From Ruditapes philippinarum (taxonomy: Eukaryota), in contig NW_026853246.1 of assembly GCF_026571515.1 (NCBI RefSeq), forward strand, positions 1-64,000: 64,000 bases of DNA, given 5' to 3'. The notes beneath the pieces were generated by a model. The model was not told where the DNA came from and did no database searches. It was given only the letters and a program-made list of their open reading frames with translations. The translations under genes were made by a program, and so were the position numbers. How positions within the stretch are numbered: the stretch's first letter is position 1; each line of letters begins with the position of its first letter. Positions 27,245 to 40,145 of this stretch are shown one piece after another.

Positions 27245-27533
27245 AGATTGTTTGCTTATTCGTTTTAAACGCCGCTTTTAACATATTTTCATCATATCTC
27301 GGCTGTCAATCTATCTTACCTGAACTTACCTAACTTTAATAATTTTACAAATTTCTCTGCAAGTGACCGACTGCTTATCCCGAATTATTTCTTAATGAGC
27401 GGTGAAGGACAAATGGCGATGACATTATATGCCCGAGATCACAGGCCAAGGAAATTTGCCCCAACCCGAGGTTTTTACCAGCGACCCGTAGTTTACAATT
27501 CCTGTGCGTTCTTTATTCAGCTTAGCGGGTGGG
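27245..27533 (-). mobile_element. tRNA-derived SINE copy (bivalve Meta-type-like), degenerate
   Basis: On the minus strand it has a tRNA-like head (~27533-27460) and a ...GCGGCGTTTAAAAC..AAAACAA tail. Related 3' fragments lie at ~27975-28070 and ~37190-37260. The family assignment is from recall only. Confidence 0.5.
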
Positions 27534-27738
27534 TATCTTTTTAAAGGTTCCACATGAACAAAATTTACAATGAAAAATTGTTTGGTACAAAACATAATAA
27601 AGTTGTGAAACAATAAATAGCAAAGAGTCTGAATCTATCACTAGTTATCAAGAAGTGAAATGATAAACGGTCATCTTAAAATATGAGTTTGGTATTAATC
27701 AAGCAAATCCCTGTACAATTTGCATAGTGTATACTTAC

Positions 27739-28335
27739 AGTTTCACCGGTATTGCATGTAGCTGTAAACTGTACCCGATATTCAGCAGTCCTTGGCCTCG
27801 GCTAAATGAGAGAGAGGAAAAAGAAAATTAAAATATTGATATAGGGCAACTAAAAAAACATGGCTAATTGGTTTCGCAATTACTTGAACGACATGTTCAT
27901 ATCTTTTTGTTTTGTAAAGGATCATTTTCATCTTTAAAATGTGGTCGAATAGCTAATAATAACATTAATTTAGTACTGTTTGTTTTTTGGTTTTATGTCA
28001 CATCGACACAGTATAGGTCATATCGCGACGTTCCAGCTTTACTGGTGGAGGAAGACCTCAAGTTCCCTTCATATTACACATAAAAACATACATATATATG
28101 AAATGCATCTTACATATTAAATCACTTACCAAAAATGCAAAAGAAACCGTACATTTTTCCTTTCGTGAGCTGAAATAATATTTTCAAATTTCACACCAAG
28201 GAAATCTCCAGCAAAATGAGCTGATCCGACAGTCCGTCATAGTTGTATGCTAACCTCACGCCATTCTGAAGATGGTATTGGTGCAACAACAAAATGTGTC
28301 AGCAATATTAAGCTTAAACAAGCTTTAAGTTCCAT
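27739..28335 (-). pseudogene. G5: G4-like paralog with an in-frame TGA (exons 28335-28153, 27801-27739; exon 3 not found)
   Basis: MELKACLSLILLTHFVVAPIPSSEWREVSIQL*RTVGSAHFAGDFLGVKFENIISAHERKN|GTACGG ... TTTAG|PRPRTAEYRVQFTATCNTGET|GTAAGT. The TGA at 28239-28237 aligns with Arg in G4 and G6. TATA box at ~28430-28421. Confidence 0.82.
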
Positions 28336-29429
28336 TAGTGAATATCACATTTATGTCTTTATTAGAATAACAATGACACTTGTCTTTCTGGTGTATCCCA
28401 CAGAATTACCAAATTTCCCGTATTTATATATACTATAAACAAAATCTATGACAGACGATGATATGTTTAATTTTCTGATTTATGTCTAATTTAGTTCTTG
28501 CCAATTTTAATATGCTTTAAAATGTTGTAATCATTGTAATCGTGATGTGTGTTTTTTAGGAAAAATAAAAATGGAACTGTATATTCAAAGGGACTCCACC
28601 GATGTTTTTTACATAAAGGGACTGTTAATATTTTCCCGCTATTTATGAACCATACGAGCCTGGGCCATTGACTTTGGTGCAAAATTTAAGTTAATTTAAG
28701 TTTTTCCAGGAAATTGAAAGATTTTCAATCAAATAAGGCTACAAAAAACTAAAAAATACGATTTTCAGAATATGTTTCTTAATTATCTTTTTCATATTTT
28801 TCTGTTTTAAATGCCCTGACTAATCTATGTAAGAAAATTAAAATTTTATTTTTTTTCGGATTTTAGACCTTAGTTCCTTTAACGATTGTTTGTTTGGTGT
28901 TGTTGTTTGTACTAAAACTGGTTTACGTAAAACAACAGTTTTTTGTACTATTTGATTAATCAAGTAAGGGTATTATTAGACAAATTGTTGAAAATAACTT
29001 AAATGATAATGAAATGTCGTGCAACTAAAAATGCATGAATATCATTATTCTCAAAGCATATCATCATAAAATAATTTGAATTCTATTTATTATGAAAAAC
29101 GCAATGTAAATAAATAATAAAGCAAGATACTAGAAGGTCTATATTCTTAAATGATTAATCAGTTTCTTGATCTCCTTGCGCAAAATCCAGGAAATCTCAG
29201 GTAAGATACATTTCTTATCCCAAAAGATGGATAATATGTAAAAAAAATTTGGGCATTTAAAGAAAAAGACAAGAACATCCGAAGAAACAAGACAATCAAT
29301 GAAAAAGCCTTTGATTGGCTAAAGGCAGGCGGTGTACAAGTAAAACTGTTCAAATCTTGTCAATTGTATATATCGCCGTCCAGGAACAGCGATAATAATA
29401 ATGCAATTGAGTCTCAAAATAATGAATGG

Positions 29430-30630
29430 ACGATATTTGTTTGTTTGTGTGTAAGATGAAATTTTATTTCATCGAGTGAGCTTTAAAAACAGTATTCTCG
29501 CCGCGAGTGGCGTGGCCAGGAGTTAGAATACTGTTTTTTAAAGTTCGTGGGATGAAAAACAATTACATCTTACACAACAAACAAACAATTTTCTTTTTCT
29601 TTTATGCTTAAATCAAGTTTAAATGGAATTTCTCCAATATTAAAATTAATATTAAAATCTGTTTTCCCCACTATTGGCCTCACTTTAGTCTCATTTCTAA
29701 GCACAAGAAGTCATGAGATGAATGATAAGTTCGACAATCAACGTTAAAAGAAATGTTATTATTTATCTTATTTCAAAAACATGAATGATCGTTTGTTTAA
29801 ATAATAAAAAGAAACAATTCAAGTAGAAGAAAAGTTACACCATCCGAAATTATTTCTGTTAACAACGGCGAATTTATATGAGACCAGACTTTGAGTAATT
29901 TAAAAGACTGCCATTTTTAATTTAATCTTGTTTATTTAACGGTTGGAAAATAATTGTGTTTGATTCAGAAGGATATCATTTGGATTTGTTAGTCATACTT
30001 ACTTTTATAAGAAAGCAAGCTTATTTGAGGATTATTACAGACAATAAATAATTGTTGACAGATGTGTAAACATACAAAATGCGCTTAGTAATTAGGAAAA
30101 CATGGAATTGTTGAAAGGCTGTCTCACAAACGCTTGGTTGTTTACTTATTCTTCGGGTTAATGACCGTCATTGCTTTTCAAGTTTTAATATTGCATAAGT
30201 CAGTTATTGCTTGTAGGATACTTAAATATGCTCAAATGTCATCAAAAGCAGCTCGTATGTGGAAGGAGTGTATTTTTCAAACTGTAAAAATGAAACAAAA
30301 AAATTTAGAGACGATATTATGTAATTGATAATTTGAATGAATTGAAGTATTTTTTTTCTTTTTATTACTTTTGAAATTTAACTTATTTATTAACTTCAGA
30401 TTTGCTTTACTCTAAATAGCCCTGACAATAGAAGTAGTGTCAACAAAATAAATCGAGGTACCGCATGGGGAAAATCTTTAAAAAAAAGTAGTCTCGTCAT
30501 TGAAAAGTGTGAAATTATAATTTGATAATTTTCACTGCGAAATTATCAAAAAAAATTTTTTACGGATAAATCAGTTATCCACCAAAAAGCATTAGATAAG
30601 TAGCATCTAAAAAAAATATTTTATAATAAA
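29430..30630 (+). mobile_element. Non-autonomous element with a long 5' fold-back hairpin, related to 32830-33358
   Basis: TTTGTTTGTTTGTGTGTAAGATG ... GAGTGGCGTGGCCAGGAG ... CATCTTACACAACAAACAAAC hairpin; 3' end ...ATAATAAA. The 3' boundary is approximate. Confidence 0.55.
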
Positions 30631-31221
30631 ATTACGAGATTAAATTACCACAAAGTTTCTGTAGTCACTCAGTGTTTACTTGTTATATATTTGTCTGTTT
30701 ATTTTTATTTTTAAATAAATTATATTTGATTGTACTTCACAAAAAAGCCATAAAAGCCCTAAAGGTACTTTTCGGTCCATTGTCAGTGCAGTGCATTGAA
30801 ATAAACATATAATGTACTATCACTTAATATAAAAACAAGTCCTTATGTTGATATGTTGCCTCAAGCAAAATGTTCATTGCAACGAGAATTTAAAAACGGA
30901 TTATATAATTGCAGCTTTTAGGCAAAACTTTAATTTTATGCACAAACGCAATTGATGATTGATGGATGCAGCAAACCACAAAGTTTAGTTGTTTTTTTTT
31001 GTTTGCCTTTATTAACAAAGGAATATTGTCAATGATAAAAATATTGAAAGTTCCTCTTCGCACGAGTACATTGATGTAAATCATTTGTAATCGGTTTTTT
31101 TTTTTGTTTTTTTTTATAGAAATACCGAGTGTCCTGATTGAACATAGTAAAGTATATCTCGATCAAGGGGACTGTCCCGGGTAACTATTAGTCCTTTGTC
31201 TGTGAACTATTGATTTGTTTT

Positions 31222-34200
31222 CTATAAACCACACCTTGCCCGTTCAGTTGTCCTTACAAACGTAGGTTCGAATCTCCACAAAACAATACCTTTACACATT
31301 CTTATCTGAAATTGAAAATTACATTTATTAATGTTGAAAACAATAACCATGTGCTCTTGTTTTATTTCCAAATTTCTATGCCCTCCGTCCGTCACACCGG
31401 ACTGTCCGAAAGCCAGTCAGTCCATTTGTCCGCAAAAACGTTATCCGAATGATTCTTAATGTTGGTGTAATTGGCTATATTTGTAGGTAATGAAAGGATT
31501 GTCTTACCTTTGGACAAACCATTAATATGATAAGAAGATATAATTTAACTTGAGACCTTGACTTTGATTCGCCATTGGTGATAACTCAGATTGATTTTTA
31601 TACTTGGACAGAAGTCACAAAACTGACATTTTTATTTTTATTTACAGATAATATTTATATGGACAAAAACACGTTTGACAAATCCGACATGTTGAATTAT
31701 TCTAATATGACCTTTGGATTAAACTGACCTTGACTGTGAAGGACAAATTATTGTAATTTGCTTAATTTTGCTTAAACATATCATTTATATACAAATTTGA
31801 TTTATACGTTGACAAAAGTAAAACAAATGACAAAACCAACATGTTGAATTACTCTAATATGACCTTGACCTTAAACACAAAAGGTTGCAATTAATATTTC
31901 ATGTGCCAAAATTGAGACAATGACGTGAACTGTGTACTTCAATTTTTTTATTATTTTACTTTGCATATACTATATATTTGTTTTATAAATTCATTTGATC
32001 CAGTTTCAACTTCATGACTTATTGTCCAAGATTAATATATATACATAAAAAACCAACATGTTGAATTATTTTAATATTCTATTGACCTTAAACACAAAAG
32101 ATTGCAATTAATATTTCATATGCCATTCTCTTGTTTATATATCTATAAACAAGAGAAACGCAAATACGGGGCAACATACACCCGAATGTAAATTTGTTGT
32201 GAAATCGAAAATAGTCAATCAATTAGAGTAGAGAGCTTGTCTTAGAAAAGTTTTATCTTGATTATCCTTATGATACTGTGCAAGGCATTCCTCACCATAA
32301 GTGTACAATTCATTAAATTTAAATAAAGGTCTTCTAGGCAATGCTGTATGCCAAATATAGAGGTAAAGAACTCCACAAAAAGATAAGATGTGTTTTCCCA
32401 TACCTTAGTCAAATGAAGACAAATGACCTCAGAGTCATAATTGATATAACTTCCAGAAATCTACAAATTTATGTTAAATGCCAAATATCAAAGCTCTGGG
32501 CTTTGTAGTTTCACACAAAAAAGACATAAAGGTGTTTCCTATATAAGTTTATATACATCAAGAGACCCCGGGCGACCAAGAGTGATGATTAATATCATAG
32601 TAATGCTACTTGTAAAATATCGTAGTTCTTAGCATTGTTTACTGAAATGTGTATTCTCATACAAGACTATATCAACTAATTAGCCCGAGAGGGGTGGCCA
32701 ATATTTACCTAAGTGGCATAATTAATATCAGCTTTGTACAAGCAAACAAGGCAAAGTAATACATCAAAATTTTAAATTCTATGCATTGTATTTTCACCAA
32801 ATTAAGACTTAAATGTGTTTTCTCATTTATATAGAGGATATTTGTTTGTTTTGCATGTAAGATTGAAATATAATTTCACTGAGTGAACACCAGATGCAAT
32901 ATTTTCACGAGTGGCGTAGCCACGAGTGAAAATATAATAGCTGGTGTTCACGAATGAAATATATTTCAATCTTATATGTAAAACAAATAAATTTTCTTTT
33001 TATTTGATGTTTTTTAAGGGATATTTAGTATATTTTTACTGATTTTGCCGCGTAACGTCACGCATTCTCCTATGTGACGTCATCATAGCATGACGTCACA
33101 TCATCAGTTTTGAAATATAGTTCTGTTAACTTTCTCTAATTTTGTTACATTTTTACATGATGTATGGTGGAATTGACTTTCTTTTCCTAAAGAAGCAAAA
33201 TTTACACATGACGGCAATTATTTCTTCTTGTTATTTCATTTAGTTATGATTTTCTTTTCATCCGCATTCAGATATAGTCCGGCTACAGTGAAAATTATAT
33301 TTTATAAATATCACTAGTGGTTTATCAGAATATAATCATCTGATATATTACAATAAAACACTGGAAAGCATGAAATAAAACAATATAAACAAAGTGAACA
33401 AGGGATTGGACAAATGTTGACCCAAGGGGTATGATTAATACCAGATATTCTGTGGTCCGCAAACAGATGTACATGCTCAGGGCGTCGTAGTTTCACACAC
33501 TAAGTCTCAGTTGCGTTTTTCCAATTTGAATAAAAATCTATATAAATCAAGGGACTTCGGAACGGACCAATATTTAATCAAGGGGCATTTTTCATATCAG
33601 ATTTGTTAAGGTCAATAAGGCAATGCTTCATGCTTAATATCTAAGCTTTAGACATTGCAGTTTCACGCAATGAAACTTAAAAATGTGTTGTCCGATGTAA
33701 GTCCATATAAATAAAGTCATCTCCGGGGCAGGGCGGGGAGATGTTCTTCACATCGCCTCATTATTAGTAATATTTGTGTCATAATGTTTTAATTTCTTTC
33801 TATCGGTTCAAAATATACACAGCGGTCACGAAATTTTGAAATTAATAAAGGATGACTAAGTGTGACCTTGACCTTGGACTGGAGAAGGTTAAAAATGTGT
33901 TGTTCTTCTGTAAGTCTATCTAAATTAAATAACCCTGGGGACGGGGCCAATTTTGATCACAGCTGTGTTCTGCACAAGGCCTCATTATGGTTTACATTTA
34001 TGCCAAGTAGTTTCAATATTTCTTCCACGGGTTCAAAAGATACAGTCAGACACCAAACATGCTAACAGACGGACGGACGACCAGGTGCATAACATATTAA
34101 GCAAAAATCTTTTCGGGCGTATTAAAACGATAATGATTATTATTTGAAACGGGATTATTCAGATAAGTATGTTTTTCAAATGAAAAGTATTGAAATAATC

Positions 34201-34859
34201 AAATAATTTTATATTTATATTTATTGTTTGATGGAATTTAGATAAATAACTTTAATCATTAACAACCTTACCTCTCCATCCGGAAAACTGACAAAAAAGT
34301 AAACATAATAACGAGCAAATGAGACGTCTGGCTGCAAAAAAAAAGATTACAATGAAGTGAAATAATTTTACGACTAGAACATTCGGAAAAAGATATACCC
34401 AAACATCTTTATGTATTGAAATAGTTCTGTATTTACAATTAGGTCATGTGCTTCATTATGTATGCATTTCTTTCTCACATTTAAACACAAAGCGTCTGGT
34501 AATAACTTACATGTACACAGATAAATTAACGAATTACAATTTCACATTTCATAATTTTGGTTACAAAAATATATTACAAATGTATGGTCGTAATGTATTA
34601 TATCAAATAATATGTTTATCAATCATAAATATGATCTGTATCATCAAAAAGGTGTGTATAAAACATAGACACTTACAGGTTGAACTTGTGCAAAAGCTTT
34701 CAACATTCCTGTATATGTTCCTCCAAGAAAAGCAGATGCTTCTATAGCAGATCCGATAGTTCTTCTCAAACCTATACTAACTTCTGTCCACTGTTGACAA
34801 AGTCCTGGCACGACATTTAAAACAATGAGCAGCAGCACAAAAGCCTTTGATGAATTCAT
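31222..34859 (-). CDS. G6: secreted cystatin-fold-like protein, 108 aa, 3 exons (34859-34677, 34331-34272, 31305-31222)
   Basis: Canonical phase-0 junctions. Spliced: MNSSKAFVLLLIVLNVVPGLCQQWTEVSIGLRRTIGSAIEASAFLGGTYTGMLKAFAQVQP/PDVSFARYYVYFFVSFPDGE/IRMCKGIVLWRFEPTFVRTTERARCGL*. Exon 3 has C4, W10 and C25 exactly as in G9. Confidence 0.85.
32147..34128 (+). mobile_element. HINE/Pearl-like (Helentron-associated) element(s) in G6 intron 2, with a nested palindromic element
   Basis: Starts AAACAAGAG. It has internal degenerate core repeats (CCC(C/T)GGGG.CGGGGCCAA..TTGA), TGACCTTGACC, a (GACG)n microsatellite at ~34068-34080 and a CGGGCGTATTAAAA end. The family is inferred from recalled bivalve elements. 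Confidence 0.55.
32830..33358 (+). mobile_element. Palindromic-ended non-autonomous element (possibly Crypton-type)
   Basis: Starts TATAGAGGATATT; contains a ~150-bp hairpin centred on ATATTTTCACGAGTGGCGTAGCCACGAGTGAAAATAT; ends CAATAAA. Confidence 0.7.
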
Positions 34860-36620
34860 ATCTCTTATCTACGGCGATCTAAACTTATCACACTGTAGAA
34901 TTTGATTATGGTTTGATCCTTTTAAACATTTAATAGATTGAACTTAACATGAGAAAAATATTGAATTTTCATTGGCTTACACGCTCTGCATATTAATTCT
35001 GTAAACATGAAACATTTTTCCCCGTTAAGCGCCCATAAAAATATTAGAATGAAACAAAGGCGAACATACGAGGTCGCTTTTTAAATTTTCAATCATTTAA
35101 ATTGTCGAGTGTTTTTGCTGTTATTTGATGTCATTTAAGTTCAGTCAGAATAATATTTCTTTTTTTTTGTCTTTGTGTTTCATGTTTTACAAGTATAATA
35201 AGCTATATAAAGGTACATGCTAAATCAATTTACCGGCCGTTTGATTTTCTGATCAAAGTAGAAAAGTACAGATTGCCTGAATGTAAATGCAACAAATATA
35301 GCCTTTATGTAACATAACGCAATGTTTCTTAAAAAAACACAGATGTTTCAGTCTGATTATTGAAACTATTGTTGCATCGGTACGATAGGGGCAGGGGGTT
35401 ATGGAGCACACTATAACTTTAAGATTAATTATTGAAAAAAAGACTGATTAAAAGAATTGTTAACTGGTCACGATTAATTTTAAGTACCATTAACGAAATA
35501 GACGGAGTTTTTTGTTTGGTTGTTTTTTGTTGTTGTTTTTTTTTTCACGATGCAATATACCGATGTAGTTTTAAAATTATTGGTAATATTAAATCAAAAC
35601 TGTTCTTTGTTTTCCGTCTCTATTCTGCTCTTTGTTCTCTCAAGATGTCAAGGAGAAGTCATTTGTACCAAAGATATTAAAGATTTCTACTGGCTTATTC
35701 GTTTCCACCAATATGCGAGGTTGAAGGATATAATTAGCCAATCCGGGTGTTTCGGTTACATATACGTAACCAATAAACCGTCTATGTATAGCAACAGACT
35801 GTGACTTCAGCGGTCATCAGCTATTTTCAAATGCATAGACATATATAAGTGAAAATGATATTTCGTCAATTTCGAATTGACTTATCTGTTTATATGTATG
35901 ACCAGCTGATTTTTTTAAACATGTTACTTGTGAAATGTTTTGCAGGTTACATACGTTAGTTTATCTCCGAAGAAATAGCAAAGTTGTTCTCTAGTTTTCG
36001 GCTCGACGCAATAAGCATTGAGAATTTAACAGGTAAACATTTATGAGCAGATGTTCTATAAAAAATAAGAAATAGACTATTAGAACTATTTTCAAATGCT
36101 TATTCTGAACCGGGTGATCTTAGGTTTTTTGGTAGGCTGCCTCCAGGCAACTTCCATGGGTTGAAAAATATGGTTATTATTTAGGGTCATTAGCTATGGT
36201 CAGGCACTCCAAAAAAGTTGTTTCTAAACTTTCACCGACGTAATGCGTTTTTTACTATAAACAAAATTAAGATGTTTCCTTTATAAAAACACAATAAGTA
36301 TTCTCAATTATGGATTAGTTATTGGTCAGATTATTTAAACCATTCGCAGTCAAATAAATTATATGCAACAATTTTGAGTAAATTTGCATATAACGTAAAC
36401 ACAAAGGCAATACGTTATTCTGTGAGGCTACGAGTGGGAGAAAATAGAAAATATTTTTTTTTCTACGTTTTTTCTACGTTTATTTCTTAAATTCTTTTCA
36501 AAGTCACTTACATCAGACTTGTAATATCATCATAGATATGTTTTGTCATTGTGTAATCGAGCATTGAAAAAACACTCTTACTTGGTTGTAATGTTGAAAC
36601 ACGTCTTTATTTTATGCATC

Positions 36621-36702
36621 GATTAATTAATTAATTAATTAATTAATTAATCAATTAATAAATAATTAATAAAGTAATAATAATTAATTAATTAATTAAT
36701 CA
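36621..36702. repeat. (ATTA)n microsatellite
   Basis: Direct reading of the sequence. Confidence 0.9.
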
Positions 36703-39700
36703 ATGTTGCACATCGCAGTACAGACGCTTAATCATGACATTTGAACCCACATGAGTAAATCTTTAAAATCTAAATGAAAAAGCAGGTAATGAACCTTTGT
36801 TTTTGTTTATAAAGAAAGAATGATAAGTGATAGTAGAAAATATACGAGAGCGTAGCGCGAGAATAGCGCGAGAATTTTGACATATTTCGCCAAACGCTTG
36901 AATAGTGATAGAAAATAAGTAAATATTTCGATTGTTACAACAGCAAATTTGACGCCATTAATTATCATGATACGCCATGCGATTTTGTAATTCACGCATT
37001 AAGAAATTTGAAACTGTTGAAATTGTACGTATGCGTTTAATACAACTGCTGCCTTATACATGTATATAGGATAATTCAATATAGTATTATATTGATATGT
37101 AAAATGTTCTGGACTAGGGTCGAATTTCGAATAAACTTTTTTATTATTATTTATTTTATGTATTTATTTTGCTGTTGTTGTATTTTTTGTTTGGTCTGGT
37201 TTTTGTTTAGTTTAACGCCAATTAAAACATAGTTGCGGTCATATCTCGGAGGCCGATAGGCCAATCTGGCATTTCTAGATACCAGTAATTACCAATTTTC
37301 TCGTTAACTGGACATCAACATGTAAGGGATTATTGTAAATATCTAAAGACGGAGTATATTTCGATATCATTAACATACAAGAATATAAACAAACACTACC
37401 CATCAATGAATTAATGTTAAACTCTGCATTCTTTTTCAGTAGTTTCAAAACCTTAGGGGATGAAAGTTTTTCATTTTGTCATTTTTCCTTATTTTCTTTT
37501 GACTGATTAAACTTTCGTTCTTGAATTGTATGAAAAACTTTAATTTATAAATATATGCAGTTTTATATATGCTTTATAGGGCGAAATTATTGAAAATAGG
37601 GTTGTCAAAGATCTTAAATGATTTCATTTCAAAATTCGAATGGTAATTATATTCCGCAAAAGTTCAGACAAAAATCTACTTTTTTTTCTAAATCCGCTCT
37701 CTTTCTTTACGATCAAAACTAAGATCAGCCAAAACACTGAATACGCTATTCTTTAGTGTCTTTTGTAATTATAAAGAATCTTTCTTTCTAAGTGCATGTA
37801 TTTCTATAGATGAAATGAGTAAAAGTATACTCGACATATTTATTATTCTATGTACCTGACACAAAAGTTAAACTAAAATCGACAATGTTTTTCAAATAAG
37901 TTGGTAAATTCGTACAATGTAAGCAATTTTAATCCACGGATTACAAATATGGACCTTCAATTTTTTTAACTGTTTTTACTGATTCAAAACAAATAAAGTC
38001 AAGCCAACGACATAAAACTTGTGTTTGTTTGTTACAATTTTTAAGCTAAACTAAAATTATTCCTTCCAAATAAAAATCAAAGAGAAGTAACTGTGTAGAC
38101 TACCTTTCAATGAATACTTGAGGTTATCTCCCTCATAATGATTATTTTGGCAGTTTTTGCTGCGCAATACTATACCTTGGCAGATTAATTTTGAGTAGTA
38201 CATTTACAAAGATGTTTCAGACATCTAAAAATAAAGATAAGCAGATGTTTTAGCTTTAAGTTAATATTCATCTATCATGTAATTAGTATTTTTCTCTGCA
38301 ATCAATTTGTAGAAGTTTTTTTAATTTCGCATATCATATGCTATAAATGCTTAGTTTATTTATTTATTATTATATGCTTAATTTATTTCTTCAGAAAAAA
38401 GTGCTTTATTTCTTCAGAAAAAAAGTGCGATAAACATTTATCAAAATGAACATCAAATATCATTGTTTAACAAAGTTAAAATATCAATATTTAGACCGCC
38501 AACAGTTTCTTTGGCGTCATGCTAAATTGCAGAATCGCTTCATCCTTAACCTGCAGAGGCCGACATAGGTCAACATTCGCCATCAGCATAATACCATTTG
38601 CAAACTTGCAATCTGACCAAGTTCTATACCGTTGATATTCAAGTTTTGTATCTTGATACTGATATCCCTTATAGTTCTAATGGACTGGTACAAATTAAAA
38701 GCAGGGCGAATACATAAAACAAATTCAACAGGTGAAGGGTTCTATTTAATTTAGTTAATAGGTTGTGTTTTTCCAAAAGTTTAATATAAAAGTTGTTTTG
38801 AAAACTATGTATAAATGGATACTCTAATTGTTTGGCAATAATAGGGAAACTTGACAATTAAAAAAATTCATCGACTGCTTGCGTAGTAATATTTACAATA
38901 AATAATTATGTAATTTTGTAAAGTTTAGTAGTTAATTGGCTAAAACAATTTTAAAGTAGAAAGAGTCATTATGATTTCCTGAATATCATGACAAAGTCTA
39001 GGACCTATTGTGTCCAGCGTAGGCAGACATATGTTAAATTCATAGTAAGATGATTTGTCTAACCATTGAGGATGCAATGATTGCGCCCACAAAACAATTA
39101 AGTAAAGGAAAGGTAAAATGTTTGACAATCTGCTTGTGCCTTTATCACGCTTGTGGCGTTTGCACTTTTACACCGACTATCAAACGCTTATCTTGATAAG
39201 ATAATTAAAATGATGATAAACAATGCAATGTCTGTTGATATGTTAATTTCATTAACTACTGCACAGAAAAGAGTGGAATACAAACAATTATACAACTATA
39301 CTCAAAAACCTACACGGAAATGAATTGCATGACAAATTGTCATGAAACATTTGAAATTTTGCACAAATAGATGCGCTATCATAACTGTCAAAACATGTTT
39401 AGGCTATTAAAATGGTTGAAATAATGAGACAATGCTTTCAATCATCTAAAACATTGTGCAAATGTTGCACATTTTGAAGACAAATATTAAATACATAAAT
39501 ATTTAAAGTGACGCCATCATAGAATAAATGAACACTTATCCATTACATTAAAGGACTTAATACTTAAAGTGACGAATTCATAGAATAATTGAAAAATTTT
39601 CTGCGATATTTGTTTAATACCTTTGTAAATATGCATGATATGAATGCATCATTTGGTAAAGTAAATATATTAATTGTGTAGATTGTGCTAAATTCCAAAA

Positions 39701-40145
39701 TTAATCTCTGTAAATATGTTATTTTTGTTTGTTTTTTTTAAAGTACTACTCCAAATATACTCTCACCTAAAACTTAATTCTAAATTGTTTTTATCTCTAA
39801 TTAAACGTTAATTGTTTGTTTATGATTCTAGAATCTAAAAATTGTTAAATAAATTAGAAATGCCTTGATTTGCTTGGAAAGAATCTTCATGAATGCAATA
39901 TATTTTTTGTAGAACTTTTGAAATGTTGAAACTATCATTTGTTAAATAAATATATAACCTTCAAGTAAAAATACCTTCATACATAACACGTGATAATTAT
40001 AGTATTCTTAAATAAGAATAAGTACAAGAATTATTATATCAATATATATCAGCTATTGGTACAGAGAATAGCCAAACTAGACATGGAATCAGCTTTAATT
40101 TATTATCCCGTATACAGCATCACTAGCAGGGTCAACCGATCCGGG

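Noticed and set aside
28237-28239. In-frame TGA in G5 as selenocysteine
   Set aside because: It aligns with Arg/Lys in paralogs rather than Cys, and no SECIS or 3' exon was identified; a nonsense mutation is simpler.
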